51,206 nt of DNA, from positions 1 through 51,206 of IMG/VR virus record IMGVR_UViG_3300020045_005791. The stretch is one strand, 5' to 3'. The position numbers and the translations under genes are program-made. Of the stretch, positions 27,550 to 36,971 are shown one piece after another; position 1 is the stretch's first letter, and each line of letters starts with the position of its first letter. The DNA comes from a virus (taxonomy: Duplodnaviria; Caudoviricetes). The notes beneath the pieces were generated by a model. That model saw only the letters and a program-made list of their open reading frames with translations, was not told the origin of the DNA and searched no databases.

Positions 27550-27999
27550 ATGGAAAAGTTAATACCAATACAAGAACATTCGGATTGGTTAGCAAGTCAA
27601 AAAGGACTGTTGTCTCCTAATGCTTGGCATTTACATCGCAAGCGTGTAAATTTTGGAAAACAACCATTAGAAATATGGCAATTTGTGCCTTGTAAATTAC
27701 TTAATGGCATTTGGGTTGTTTTGGAATTTCCAATAAAAGAAAAATATTATGACGAATATCATGAATTTCAAGAGGAACACTATTATTCAGATATTTTGGA
27801 ATACCAACAAGCAAAAGAAAGATGTTTGTTTGAAGGGTTTGAAATTAGAGATAAAGGGAATTTTTATTTTATAGAGCAAGAACATTCTTGTATTTGGTAT
27901 CGAGTATTAAAATATAACACAAAATCCACTATTGAAAATCTATTAATATTCAAAGCGGTAAAACTAACCCCAACAGCACAAAAACAAATAGGAATTTAA
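27550..27999 (+). CDS. Hypothetical phage protein
   Basis: 149 aa; QFVPC and YQQAKERCLFEGF motifs. Confidence 0.7.
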   Translation: MEKLIPIQEHSDWLASQKGLLSPNAWHLHRKRVNFGKQPLEIWQFVPCKLLNGIWVVLEFPIKEKYYDEYHEFQEEHYYSDILEYQQAKERCLFEGFEIRDKGNFYFIEQEHSCIWYRVLKYNTKSTIENLLIFKAVKLTPTAQKQIGI

Positions 28000-28011
28000 A
28001 AAACAGAAATT

Positions 28012-28278
28012 ATGATACAAGTAAAAGATATTGAAACCTTAGATGAATTTCAATTTTTAAAAAAAGGCGATTTAGTCGCAGTTGAATGGAAAAGAAATAT
28101 GTATTTCGGAAACAAACAAAAACGATTTGGAACTTATGAAATTGTAGAAAATAAAGAACGTACAAACGAAATTATTTTACAAGTTAAAAATAATGTTTAT
28201 TTTAATTACAATATGTTTTTAAATCCAGAAATAGGGATAAGTAATTTAAAAAGTATAATTCTTTTACAGTCGATATGA
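28012..28278 (+). CDS. Hypothetical protein
   Basis: 88 aa ORF. Confidence 0.65.
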   Translation: MIQVKDIETLDEFQFLKKGDLVAVEWKRNMYFGNKQKRFGTYEIVENKERTNEIILQVKNNVYFNYNMFLNPEIGISNLKSIILLQSI

Positions 28279-28724
28279 AAAAAATATATTTACTATTGCT
28301 TTTTACAGCAATTTCGAGCGCGCAGGATCGTTATTCAATTCAAATTGTAACTGATAACGTAATCTTCCAAAAACATATATTCTACGGTGGTGTAGAATTT
28401 CAAGCGGAATTTAGCAACCATATTTATATTCGGCCGCAAATTCATTATGCAGCTTTAAAAGATGGTTATTTAGAAACCTCGGCCGGCATAGGTTACAATA
28501 CTTCGTTAAATCGATGGAATTATAAAGGAGGTATTAAATTAGGAGTTATTAATCGAGCTAATACGTATCCAATATTTGGATATGAAGGCGCAATTGAGTA
28601 TCATTTTAGCGATAAGTTTGGTATTGGATTACGTGGTAGTTATGATAAAAGAGGCGATGCTGATTTTTACGATGGGGAGCCTTGGGTTTGGAATAGTCAG
28701 ATTTATTTAAAATTTATACTTTAG
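28275..28724 (+). CDS. Secreted outer-membrane beta-barrel-like protein
   Basis: Signal peptide MKKIYLLLLFTAISSA|Q; alternating amphipathic strands; C-terminal IYLKFIL. Confidence 0.7.
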   Translation: MKKIYLLLLFTAISSAQDRYSIQIVTDNVIFQKHIFYGGVEFQAEFSNHIYIRPQIHYAALKDGYLETSAGIGYNTSLNRWNYKGGIKLGVINRANTYPIFGYEGAIEYHFSDKFGIGLRGSYDKRGDADFYDGEPWVWNSQIYLKFIL

Positions 28725-28729
28725 AAATT

Positions 28730-29122
28730 ATGAAAAATTTAAAATTTGAATATGGATTTGAAAGCGTAAACGGAATAATTAAAAAAGTTTATGCTTTGTC
28801 TGAAATTCCAAACATTAGAGAAAAATGCGATATTTGGAATGTGTTACCGATAAAATATGTTAGACAATTTACGGGACTACAATGTAAAAATCAAAGAGAT
28901 TTATACGAGGGAGACAGATGCAAATATCATCACAATACTAGTAAATGGTTAGTTTCATATACTTTTGAAATTATATTTAAAGATGGTTCTTTTTATGCAT
29001 ATTGGGAAAGAATGATGCGTGGTACTTTGGAAAAGCATTTTGATCTACTTTCAAAAATAGACAGAAGCAAAGTAAAAGTGATTGGTAATATTTACGATAC
29101 AACAATCAAACAAAATAATTAA
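28730..29122 (+). CDS. YopX family protein
   Basis: QFTGL..KN..DLYEGD and VIGNIY motifs. Confidence 0.85.
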   Translation: MKNLKFEYGFESVNGIIKKVYALSEIPNIREKCDIWNVLPIKYVRQFTGLQCKNQRDLYEGDRCKYHHNTSKWLVSYTFEIIFKDGSFYAYWERMMRGTLEKHFDLLSKIDRSKVKVIGNIYDTTIKQNN

Positions 29123-29125
29123 GAT

Positions 29126-29389
29126 ATGAAACTAACATCTAAATGCCTCGATGCTTTTTTAGCACAATTACCAAACGAAATACCGTTTTATGATTTACCA
29201 GAATCCTGCCAAAACGCACTTGTAGTTGATTGGTTTGATTCGGTTGGGATTTATATTTGTCCTGTAAAAGTATGGGGTAAGTGGCGTAATTTTTTCGATG
29301 AAGATACAATTGAATGTAACACACGTCCAGAAGCAATAAACGCAGCAATCGAAAAGGCAAATGATTTGTATAATTCAGAAAATAAATGA
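29126..29389 (+). CDS. Hypothetical phage protein
   Basis: DWFDSVGIYI and AIEKANDLYN pattern. Confidence 0.7.
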   Translation: MKLTSKCLDAFLAQLPNEIPFYDLPESCQNALVVDWFDSVGIYICPVKVWGKWRNFFDEDTIECNTRPEAINAAIEKANDLYNSENK

Positions 29390-29667
29390 TAATGAAAAAA
29401 GTAATTTGGAAAATAGAATTATCTGAACAAGGAATACAAAATATTAGGCTTCCTAAAAATTATCAGATTTTAACATTACAAAAACAAAGAGATATCCCTT
29501 GTATTTGGGTTTTAGTAGATCCTACAGAACCCATAATGGTTGAAAGGTTTGAAATTTACGGAACAGGACACGAAATACACTTCGATACAGGAACAAATAG
29601 AGAATATATAGGAACGTTTCAAGACGGAAGTTTCGTATGGCATTTATTTAAATATACTGATATTTAA
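29386..29667 (+). CDS. Conserved phage hypothetical protein
   Basis: IWK..L, IWVLVD, YGTGH, YIGTFQ..FVWHLF pattern. Confidence 0.75.
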   Translation: MIMKKVIWKIELSEQGIQNIRLPKNYQILTLQKQRDIPCIWVLVDPTEPIMVERFEIYGTGHEIHFDTGTNREYIGTFQDGSFVWHLFKYTDI

Positions 29668-29722
29668 ACTCACAATCTTCAAATAAGCAATAATTACAGA
29701 AACAATTAAAATTAAAAAAATT

Positions 29723-30127
29723 ATGAATGGACAACAAATTGAAAAATTAGTAAAAGAACTTGTTAAAAAAGAAGTTGATTACAGAAGCTATGATGGAAAA
29801 ATGTCTAAAACATCTTTAATCGAAAGAGGTAGTGAAACTATTTTAGAGCAGATTATTAGACAGCACATTCTCGATAACCGAGATGAAAAAATCGGAGCTT
29901 TAGAAGCTAAAGTTTTTGTTTATGAAGAAATGATTAACAAAAGCACATTCGCACCAATGCTAGTTGAAAAAGAAGTTGAAACTGCAAAAGAACCTGAGCC
30001 ATATCAAAGAGAAATGATATTCACACAAAGGCAAGTCGAACATTTACAACACAAAGTTTTTAAAATTACTGGAGAAGGAGAAGTGATGAAATTGTTTAAC
30101 GAATTACTTGGTGTTTCTGCAAGTTAA
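29723..30127 (+). CDS. Hypothetical protein
   Basis: 134 aa; last gene of plus-strand island. Confidence 0.65.
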   Translation: MNGQQIEKLVKELVKKEVDYRSYDGKMSKTSLIERGSETILEQIIRQHILDNRDEKIGALEAKVFVYEEMINKSTFAPMLVEKEVETAKEPEPYQREMIFTQRQVEHLQHKVFKITGEGEVMKLFNELLGVSAS

Positions 30128-30531
30128 ACTTTTAATTTAGGCAAATAAAACCATAAAAACACTAAACATCCAATAATTAAAACAGAACCTAAATACAATA
30201 AAGTATTGTCTTTTCGTTCTGTTTGTTTAGTTTCCTTAACTTCGGTTGTTCCTGTGCTTGTTCCTATGTTTTTTTTATTTAATTCAAAATTTTTTATTTT
30301 TGATTTGTCAAACTTAATTGAAACATTAAAATATTCTTTTCCATCTACAAAGAAAGGTTTTGAATTATCAATAGGATTCAGCTCTCCAATATCATTTAAG
30401 CGAACATTTTGATTTAAAATATATGATTTATCGGTAAAGTCATAATTCGACTTTACTTTAAAGTACTCTGTTGATGATTGGCGAGTTCCTCCGCAGCTAC
30501 ATAACAATAATATGATTAGAATATATTTCAT
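30124..30531 (-). CDS. Putative unimolecular spanin
   Basis: Start MKYILIILLLCSC (lipobox) plus C-terminal TM helix; downstream of endolysin. Confidence 0.7.
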   Translation of the reverse strand: MKYILIILLLCSCGGTRQSSTEYFKVKSNYDFTDKSYILNQNVRLNDIGELNPIDNSKPFFVDGKEYFNVSIKFDKSKIKNFELNKKNIGTSTGTTEVKETKQTERKDNTLLYLGSVLIIGCLVFLWFYLPKLKV

Positions 30532-30552
30532 AATTTTTATTTCAAAGATAAT

Positions 30553-30637
30553 AAAAAACCCGATGCAAAAAGTATCGGGTTTAAGAATTTTGAAAGTCAA
30601 TAGTAATCTAAGTGACTTCTAGTTTATTTGTGTTTGA
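30553..30637 (-). ncRNA. Putative small RNA/leader between endolysin and spanin
   Basis: TATATTTG at 30643..30650, hairpin 30592..30619, terminator AACCCGATAC..GCATCGGGTTTTTT. Confidence 0.45.
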
Positions 30638-30707
30638 GAATTCAAATATACAAATAAAATTAGAATAATCGCTAAAATTATCGAAATTTCTAAGGTGTGT
30701 TTGCGGA

Positions 30708-31175
30708 TCATATCGGTTTAATTTCAAAGTGCATCCAATCATAGTCTTTTTCAACTCCTAAAGATAAAAATCCGTGTTTATAAAAAATATCAATCATCGG
30801 CTTATATTCTGGACGTGCAAATCTTGCCGTTCTTTTAGTTTCGTGCAGTGTATTTCTTTCAGGGTCTAAATCAATAGCGATACCCCAACTATGGCGGCTG
30901 TAATCTGAACCGCCTCGCATAGCACGAAAAGCAAAACAACCTCCAAATAAATCAATTCCAAGTTCTTGAATTTTAGGCAGTCCGTAAACTTGTAGAATTT
31001 CTTTGAAAACTTCAGTAAAATTAGCGGCTACCAATTTATGACAACGCATTGTTTTAACTGTTGTTTTTTTATCCCAAGCCAAACGCATAGGATAAGGTAA
31101 ATTTATAGTTACTAAATAAGTTCCGTTTTCGTTTGGTTTTCCAAAATCATTGATTGCTTGTGCTGTTGTTATCAT
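30708..31175 (-). CDS. Endolysin, M15 family Zn peptidase
   Basis: [12 protein letters not shown] (SxHxxGxAxD) and DWMHFE. Confidence 0.9.
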   Translation of the reverse strand: MITTAQAINDFGKPNENGTYLVTINLPYPMRLAWDKKTTVKTMRCHKLVAANFTEVFKEILQVYGLPKIQELGIDLFGGCFAFRAMRGGSDYSRHSWGIAIDLDPERNTLHETKRTARFARPEYKPMIDIFYKHGFLSLGVEKDYDWMHFEIKPI

Positions 31176-31477
31176 ATCTTACCAAGTAAATAAATTATTA
31201 TTGCAATTACTAAACCGCCCAATCCAGAAGCGAACCATTTTATTAGTCCCATATTGTCTTTTAAAATAGCTATTTCATCTTGATTGCGTTCTACGTCGTT
31301 TTTAACTTTTTGTAACGTGTGAACTATGCCTATACCACCCGTATATTCATTTCCAACCAAAGCATTTGAAATTTTTCTTGATTCATCCCTTGTTTCTTGA
31401 ACAGCATCTTTCATAAGTTTCATATGCTGTTCCATTCGGTCAAGTCTGGCGTTTTCTAATATTTTTTCTTCTTCCAA
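31172..31477 (-). CDS. Coiled-coil protein with C-terminal TM helix (holin/lysis accessory)
   Basis: Upstream of endolysin; [17 protein letters not shown]. Confidence 0.55.
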   Translation of the reverse strand: MEEEKILENARLDRMEQHMKLMKDAVQETRDESRKISNALVGNEYTGGIGIVHTLQKVKNDVERNQDEIAILKDNMGLIKWFASGLGGLVIAIIIYLLGKI

Positions 31478-31794
31478 AACGGTAATAATATATGGGTTAT
31501 TATTATAGTGTAATAAATAAAGTAATACACTTTATCTGTAAGGTAAATATACAAAAAACTTAGAATAATTAAATAATAAATACACGCAAGATAAATTTTT
31601 GATATTCGAGTGTATAAAAAATAGAAAAATATAAAATGAAGTCCACAAATACCCACTAAAATAGTATCAACAATATCAATTATCTCAAAGTTTTTTTTCC
31701 AAAAGTCAGTTTTAACTAAAAAAAATACACAAAATAACTCAGTCCAAATAAGAATAATTGGAATTAGAAGCATTATTTTGTGTATCAATCTCAT
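31456..31794 (-). CDS. Multi-pass membrane protein in lysis cassette
   Basis: About four hydrophobic segments. Confidence 0.55.
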   Translation of the reverse strand: MRLIHKIMLLIPIILIWTELFCVFFLVKTDFWKKNFEIIDIVDTILVGICGLHFIFFYFLYTRISKIYLACIYYLIILSFLYIYLTDKVYYFIYYTIIITHILLPFWKKKKY

Positions 31795-32037
31795 TTACGG
31801 TCTTGGTGGTTTTGGCGAAATGATAGCGTCGGCTTCATCGCTTGCAATACCCTGTGGTTTTTGCGCTAAACTTTTACTAAAGGCAGTCCATAAAATACCA
31901 ATTGTCATAATGACTTTAGTAACATTTTCCGGAACTCCGATTTGAGCCAATAACCCTGTGTTTTCTGCTAATAAAGCGTAAACTTGATCTATAACAGTTC
32001 CTACTGTCAAAATCCACGTAATCCATCTTGTTTTCAT
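31795..32037 (-). CDS. Putative holin
   Basis: 80 aa, two hydrophobic segments, lysis cassette position. Confidence 0.55.
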   Translation of the reverse strand: MKTRWITWILTVGTVIDQVYALLAENTGLLAQIGVPENVTKVIMTIGILWTAFSKSLAQKPQGIASDEADAIISPKPPRP

Positions 32038-32076
32038 ATTTATTTATTTAAAGTTATTTATTTATGTAGTGACAAT

Positions 32077-32310
32077 TCATAATCCTAATAATTTTAATAA
32101 TTTTTGCCACCAATTTATTTTTTTCTTTATTATTGGTTTTTCAATAGGTACTTCGAATTTAGGTATCCCCAAAGATATTTCTTTTTCTTTTAAATCCTGT
32201 TGCATAATTGGAAATACTTCGCCTATTGTCTCGGTTTGGTTCCCTGCTGCGATGATTGAGCTTTGACAATATCCAATATTAAACGCTAGAAGTAATATCA
32301 ATAATTTCAT
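32077..32310 (-). CDS. Small exported protein
   Basis: Signal peptide MKLLILLLAFNIGYC|Q; amphipathic C-terminus WWQKLLKLLGL. Confidence 0.6.
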   Translation of the reverse strand: MKLLILLLAFNIGYCQSSIIAAGNQTETIGEVFPIMQQDLKEKEISLGIPKFEVPIEKPIIKKKINWWQKLLKLLGL

Positions 32311-32687
32311 CGAGCCTCAAATTCAACCCCATAAATAGGTGTTTTCTTTAAATCGTCTAACAATACCAATTGAAGCGTGTAATCTTCTAAATCGTCACCT
32401 GTTAACGTTGTTGGGTAAGCTAACAATAAAGCTTTTTTTTGCGCTTTAAATTCCGCAAATGTCTTGGTATATGGCAAAACCTGTTCCGAGCCGTTACGGT
32501 CTTTATGCACTTGGAAACTTTCGTTTTCTGTACCTTTATTCAAAACTAAGTAATCCGTTGTTTTGAATTGAATTGTTTTGTTTTCAGAATCTCTATTAGT
32601 TTGCTGTATTTTGATTTGTACAAATTCCTCTAAAATTCCCTCACGGTCGTGTAAAAGAATTGCTTTTGTTTTTGATATTACTTTCAT
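32307..32687 (-). CDS. Hypothetical protein (possible fibre chaperone)
   Basis: Follows fibre genes; no signal peptide. Confidence 0.55.
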   Translation of the reverse strand: MKVISKTKAILLHDREGILEEFVQIKIQQTNRDSENKTIQFKTTDYLVLNKGTENESFQVHKDRNGSEQVLPYTKTFAEFKAQKKALLLAYPTTLTGDDLEDYTLQLVLLDDLKKTPIYGVEFEAR

Positions 32688-33565
32688 TAGTATATGGTGT
32701 AAAAGGCGTTAATATTGTTTTCAATTCCTGTTTTATCGCTTGTTTTATTAGAGTGATAAGTTATATGTTCTTGAACATAACAAACGTGTCTAAATCCTGT
32801 ATTTTGATATTGCAATCCTCTTCCAAGACTGAGTGAAACGCTTGTGAATTCACTTAGTAAAACGATAGTTCCGGTTCTAAAAGCGGTATACAAAGTGCCT
32901 CTTGTGTTGGTTAAAGCAGAAGATGAGCCATTTTTATAAATCGACGGAGTTCCCCATCCAGCATAACTCGCCGCGCTACTTCCGTTCTCGCAAGACCCGT
33001 AATAATTACCGCCACTTGATAAACCTGCACTTGTAAAAGGAAGCACGTAATTCTCCGACCCACCTGTTATTTCGTTTTGAAAAACAGTAAAAGCAGAGTC
33101 GTATGTTTGTGGTGGGTTGTTATTAACATTTAATTGCGCGGTCATTGGGGAGTAAATAGCTGGTTTTCCTGCTTTTTTAATTACCGCACCTGAAAGAACA
33201 ATTTGTGGTTGAAAACCGTTTGTTGTTTCTATTGCATTATATCCATTGCCACTTTGGTCATACCACGTTTTTACAAATCCATCACCACCACCACCCACAA
33301 AAGATAACAAAGAAACTTCATCTAAAACATTGTTTACAAATCCAATGTTGGAAGTGGAATTGTCTGAACTTCTACGAACTTCGATACAATTTCCTGTATA
33401 TGCACTTCTTAGCTTTCTAAATGAATATGCGTAAATTGCCGTTGGATAGTCATTTAGAATAAAAGAAAACGTGCTTTTCTTAGTTCCAAAATTTTGTCTG
33501 GCTATTAAGCCACTTTGTCCAAAAGTAAAAACACTAAATAATAAAAATAAAATATACTTTTTCAT
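32687..33565 (-). CDS. Receptor-binding/adhesin-like jelly-roll (ArafB/LamG-like) protein with signal peptide
   Basis: AYSFRKLRSAYTG..IEVRRSSDN and GFVKTWYDQSGNG motifs; N-terminus MKKYILFLLFSVFTFG|Q. Confidence 0.7.
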   Translation of the reverse strand: MKKYILFLLFSVFTFGQSGLIARQNFGTKKSTFSFILNDYPTAIYAYSFRKLRSAYTGNCIEVRRSSDNSTSNIGFVNNVLDEVSLLSFVGGGGDGFVKTWYDQSGNGYNAIETTNGFQPQIVLSGAVIKKAGKPAIYSPMTAQLNVNNNPPQTYDSAFTVFQNEITGGSENYVLPFTSAGLSSGGNYYGSCENGSSAASYAGWGTPSIYKNGSSSALTNTRGTLYTAFRTGTIVLLSEFTSVSLSLGRGLQYQNTGFRHVCYVQEHITYHSNKTSDKTGIENNINAFYTIY

Positions 33566-35259
33566 AGATTTCCAACTGTTATATAGTTATTTGTGGCTGT
33601 TCTGTTTTTTAAGGTAAATGACATTTTTTCTGCCATTGTAGTACCTACATTATTAAACAAAACAACTGAGCCGCCTAAAGATAAAGTTTGCGTAACACCT
33701 GCCAACGTCGCAAAGGAGCATTCGAACCCCGCAATCAAACCGTTTGGTATTGTCACGGTGCAACTCGCGGTTAATATTACAACTTTTCCGTTATAGGTGT
33801 TATCCAATGTAAATGAAGTTCCTGTTTCGACAACGGGCAAAATAGATGAGGTGCTTGACGTTGTCGAACCATCGGCCATTAAGAACTCGGTACTTGTGCC
33901 GCCTGATTTTATAAATAAATTAGCGGTTAATGCACCACCACTTGAAAACGTAAACCCTTTATTCCAAACCCCGCTTGCATAATTCCATAAATCCAAACCG
34001 TTTGAGGCATTTAGTTGAAGCATATTACTAACGGTAAATCCTGAATTATAAAAGGCAAACCTCCCACCAGAATTAGCTGTATTCGATCCATTTTTTACAA
34101 CAAAATTACCCTCGTTTGATTGTAAAATACCCCCAGTTTGAATCGATCCCGCTCGGTAAATAGTTGAAGTTTTGTCGTTCCCCGCATCCGTTGTAGTTCC
34201 ACTAAAAACAAAATTTGAAATATCAGGAACAGTCTTAGTTACATAAGTAGAACCGTTGTAAACCCAAGTACTAGCATCTGTGCCTATGTATAGATTAGCC
34301 GTATCTAATTTCAAAGCATTATCATTAGTAACAGGTGGATTATTTAAATCAAATATCGTTGCTGTGTTTGGTGATGTTGCATTCACATAAACTATTTTAG
34401 TGTACGAGGTGGGTAATTTTGAATTTATATAATCGGCTGTATAATATTTTGCACCACTCCCATCTACTGCATAGGCATTGATTTTATTAGTTTTCATTTC
34501 GTACCCTGCATCTACAACTGAAAACGGTACAGGCAACAAAGTACGGACGGGGGTATCTCCTCCAAACTGAAATTGATAAACGGGGTCGGAACCACCTACA
34601 ATTCTATTAGCATAACTTTTAATAACGATCCTATCCGTTGCGGCAAAATCGCCGTCGTCCCAAACTCCCGAGGCTGAAAACTCAGTATATCCGCCGTCTG
34701 TAACAGGGTTAGAAGTGCTCGAGGTACAAATCAAAGTTTCAACGCCTGCGGCGTCTCTGTGGTAAACTCTAAAGAAAAAAGTCGCTGTTCCTGAGCCGCT
34801 TAAATGTCGAATATTTCCAAAAGTAGTGATATTAAAAACTCCTGGCTGTCCTATCAAAACGCCCGCGTCTGAAATTCTTTGTGATACTAATTGTGAAGTT
34901 GTGGTAATTGCGGGAGTGCTTACATCAGCCGCTGTACTGTTATATCTTACGTCGTGAATGTCCGTAACCATTACCACGTAGCCGCTTACGTCGCTTGCCG
35001 TTGTGGTCGGGTATAAGGTTAAGTTAGTTGGTAAATCTGAAATGTTTAGTTTTTTATCTAAACTGTCTTGTACCGCCTGTGTTTTAGCAAACAGTGAAGC
35101 GGGTGTTTTTTTGTGTACATTATCTGTTTGACTTGTAACAATAAAAGTAGGTGCGCTGTCAGAAGTTGCTGCAGCATTCTTAATCCCATAAGGAAAATTA
35201 GTTGGATTCTGAGCCAACACCAAAATAGGTAATAATAAAAATAAAAGTATCTTTTTCAT
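33562..35259 (-). CDS. Tail fibre-like protein with signal peptide
   Basis: Thr/Ser/Gly-rich; FIKSGGTSTEFLMADGS fibre motif; C-terminal adaptor ending ITVGNL; N-terminus MKKILLFLLLPILVLA|Q. Confidence 0.7.
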   Translation of the reverse strand: MKKILLFLLLPILVLAQNPTNFPYGIKNAAATSDSAPTFIVTSQTDNVHKKTPASLFAKTQAVQDSLDKKLNISDLPTNLTLYPTTTASDVSGYVVMVTDIHDVRYNSTAADVSTPAITTTSQLVSQRISDAGVLIGQPGVFNITTFGNIRHLSGSGTATFFFRVYHRDAAGVETLICTSSTSNPVTDGGYTEFSASGVWDDGDFAATDRIVIKSYANRIVGGSDPVYQFQFGGDTPVRTLLPVPFSVVDAGYEMKTNKINAYAVDGSGAKYYTADYINSKLPTSYTKIVYVNATSPNTATIFDLNNPPVTNDNALKLDTANLYIGTDASTWVYNGSTYVTKTVPDISNFVFSGTTTDAGNDKTSTIYRAGSIQTGGILQSNEGNFVVKNGSNTANSGGRFAFYNSGFTVSNMLQLNASNGLDLWNYASGVWNKGFTFSSGGALTANLFIKSGGTSTEFLMADGSTTSSTSSILPVVETGTSFTLDNTYNGKVVILTASCTVTIPNGLIAGFECSFATLAGVTQTLSLGGSVVLFNNVGTTMAEKMSFTLKNRTATNNYITVGNL

Positions 35260-36005
35260 AAGTAGTAAGTAATTAGTATTTGTGGAGTTCCATCGAATGT
35301 AGTCGCAAAAGTAACATCGTTTCCTGATTGCGTGAATGTGTTTAAATCTGCTTCAAAACCTACTTGTTCTTTATATTGAAAATAACCGTCTATGGTTGCG
35401 CTTACCGCTACTGCTCCCTCTGGTAACGTGCAAACTTGACCTACAGGGGTAAAACGAGTTGTAAAAACTCCTATTGAATTTATAGGAGGTTTATTTAATA
35501 TGAAAGCGTCACTTTCAGGATCTTCTTCGTTCCAATCTGACTGTACATTTACTTCTGCATTTGCCTCAATTCCATCTAATTTAGTTTTATCAGCAGCGGA
35601 AAACAAAGAAATTGCAACCGTTTCTATTTTTAATTCGGATTCGTTTACAACCAATACTTGACCATCACGACCTAAATAACTCGAGAAAGTGTCTAATAGT
35701 TCCGTAAATCTATCTACTCCAGTGCCTCCACCGCTTGTACCCAACCAATCGAAAAATCCTGCATCGATTAAAGAAACCCATAAATCATTTATAGATGTTG
35801 GAACGTACGAACTACCTGTGACAATGGTTATTTCTGAATAAAGTATATTTTGTTTTAATATTAAATTTGCGCCATTAGCCGTTTTAAAATTACAAAAGTC
35901 TCCAATAGTAGTAAGTCTATTTTGTTCAGAAACAATAGGCTCTCCACCATCTAAAACTAAAGAGAAAAAATTCCCTGTTTCTTTTGTAATTATTAAATTA
36001 CTCAT
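35256..36005 (-). CDS. Tail fibre proximal/anchor protein
   Basis: DKTKLDGIEANAEVNVQSDWNE..SDAFILNKP fibre motif. Confidence 0.65.
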   Translation of the reverse strand: MSNLIITKETGNFFSLVLDGGEPIVSEQNRLTTIGDFCNFKTANGANLILKQNILYSEITIVTGSSYVPTSINDLWVSLIDAGFFDWLGTSGGGTGVDRFTELLDTFSSYLGRDGQVLVVNESELKIETVAISLFSAADKTKLDGIEANAEVNVQSDWNEEDPESDAFILNKPPINSIGVFTTRFTPVGQVCTLPEGAVAVSATIDGYFQYKEQVGFEADLNTFTQSGNDVTFATTFDGTPQILITYYL

Positions 36006-36517
36006 AATTTCATTATATAAAGTTGTACAATGTATGGTTGCATATTCTTATCTGTTCCATCAACTCCTGTTAATTCTGTTGAAATTCCTGCGCTTGACGC
36101 CGTATTTGATCTATCATAAAATCCATTTATTCCCTGTGTATTATTATAGCTTCTAACCGAATTTACCGTGTGACTATGCGAAACTACTACAGCATCTTTT
36201 GAACCGCCTGTTGCGCCAAAAGTTGAATATCCTAAACCATATCCAACAATAGTTTTACCTGCTATATTTGGAGTTCCATTATTCCCATTACAAACCGCCC
36301 ATCCTGAACGTAGATTTTTACCTAAACCATCAACTTCAAAATTATATGTATAATAAGTCAAATCGCAATTAATCGGTTTTATATCGCCTGATTGTGATAA
36401 ATTAGCTTGAATATAATCAAGTAATGCGTGTTCGACTTCACGATGTTTTAAAGCAGGTATTTTTATTCCGCTTGCAAGATTTTCATCTATTAAATAAAAT
36501 ATTTCTGAATAAGTCAT
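36002..36517 (-). CDS. Tail collar/short fibre (T4 gp10/gp12 C-terminal-like) protein
   Basis: GWAVCNGNNGTPN, GGS..HSH, NMQPY..YIMK. Confidence 0.8.
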   Translation of the reverse strand: MTYSEIFYLIDENLASGIKIPALKHREVEHALLDYIQANLSQSGDIKPINCDLTYYTYNFEVDGLGKNLRSGWAVCNGNNGTPNIAGKTIVGYGLGYSTFGATGGSKDAVVVSHSHTVNSVRSYNNTQGINGFYDRSNTASSAGISTELTGVDGTDKNMQPYIVQLYIMKL

Positions 36518-36522
36518 AATTA

Positions 36523-36960
36523 TTAAAAATAAAATTCAATTTTCAGCCCGCAGTTATTCAAAATATCATCAGAGATAACTCCATTGTCATAGGTTCTAAC
36601 TCTAAACGTATCACCTATTTTTATAATCGTGAAACTATTTAGCGCGAATGCTCCTTCTGAAAGAAATGATATACACATGAACGCATTTAAAGAAGAATTA
36701 CACGTCAATATATATTCTCCTGTAGAGTTTCTTGTCCATACAAATAAAAATCCTGTGTTGTTTTTAGTTGCTGTATTTACAGGCGCGTTTGCTCCTGATT
36801 GACTCAAAGTGGCTGCGTAAATAAAGTATGGAACTTGCTGATCAACATAATCCATCATTAAAACACGGTTTGCACCATCTTCAGTATTTGTAAAACTTCC
36901 TGCTGCTGTCTTACTTGTTATTTTAGTTGAAATGTCGGTATTAACGTCTGCTCTTGTCAT
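36523..36960 (-). CDS. Putative tail structural protein
   Basis: Position; YAATLSQSG..WTRNSTGEY beta-rich pattern. Confidence 0.55.
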   Translation of the reverse strand: MTRADVNTDISTKITSKTAAGSFTNTEDGANRVLMMDYVDQQVPYFIYAATLSQSGANAPVNTATKNNTGFLFVWTRNSTGEYILTCNSSLNAFMCISFLSEGAFALNSFTIIKIGDTFRVRTYDNGVISDDILNNCGLKIEFYF

Positions 36961-36971
36961 ATCTTTTATTT

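Noticed and set aside
30532-30600. Extended ORF-track starts (also 6250, 16197, 24905, 45448)
   Set aside because: They run through terminators, promoters or neighbouring genes; downstream ATGs give a proper lipobox or homologous N-termini
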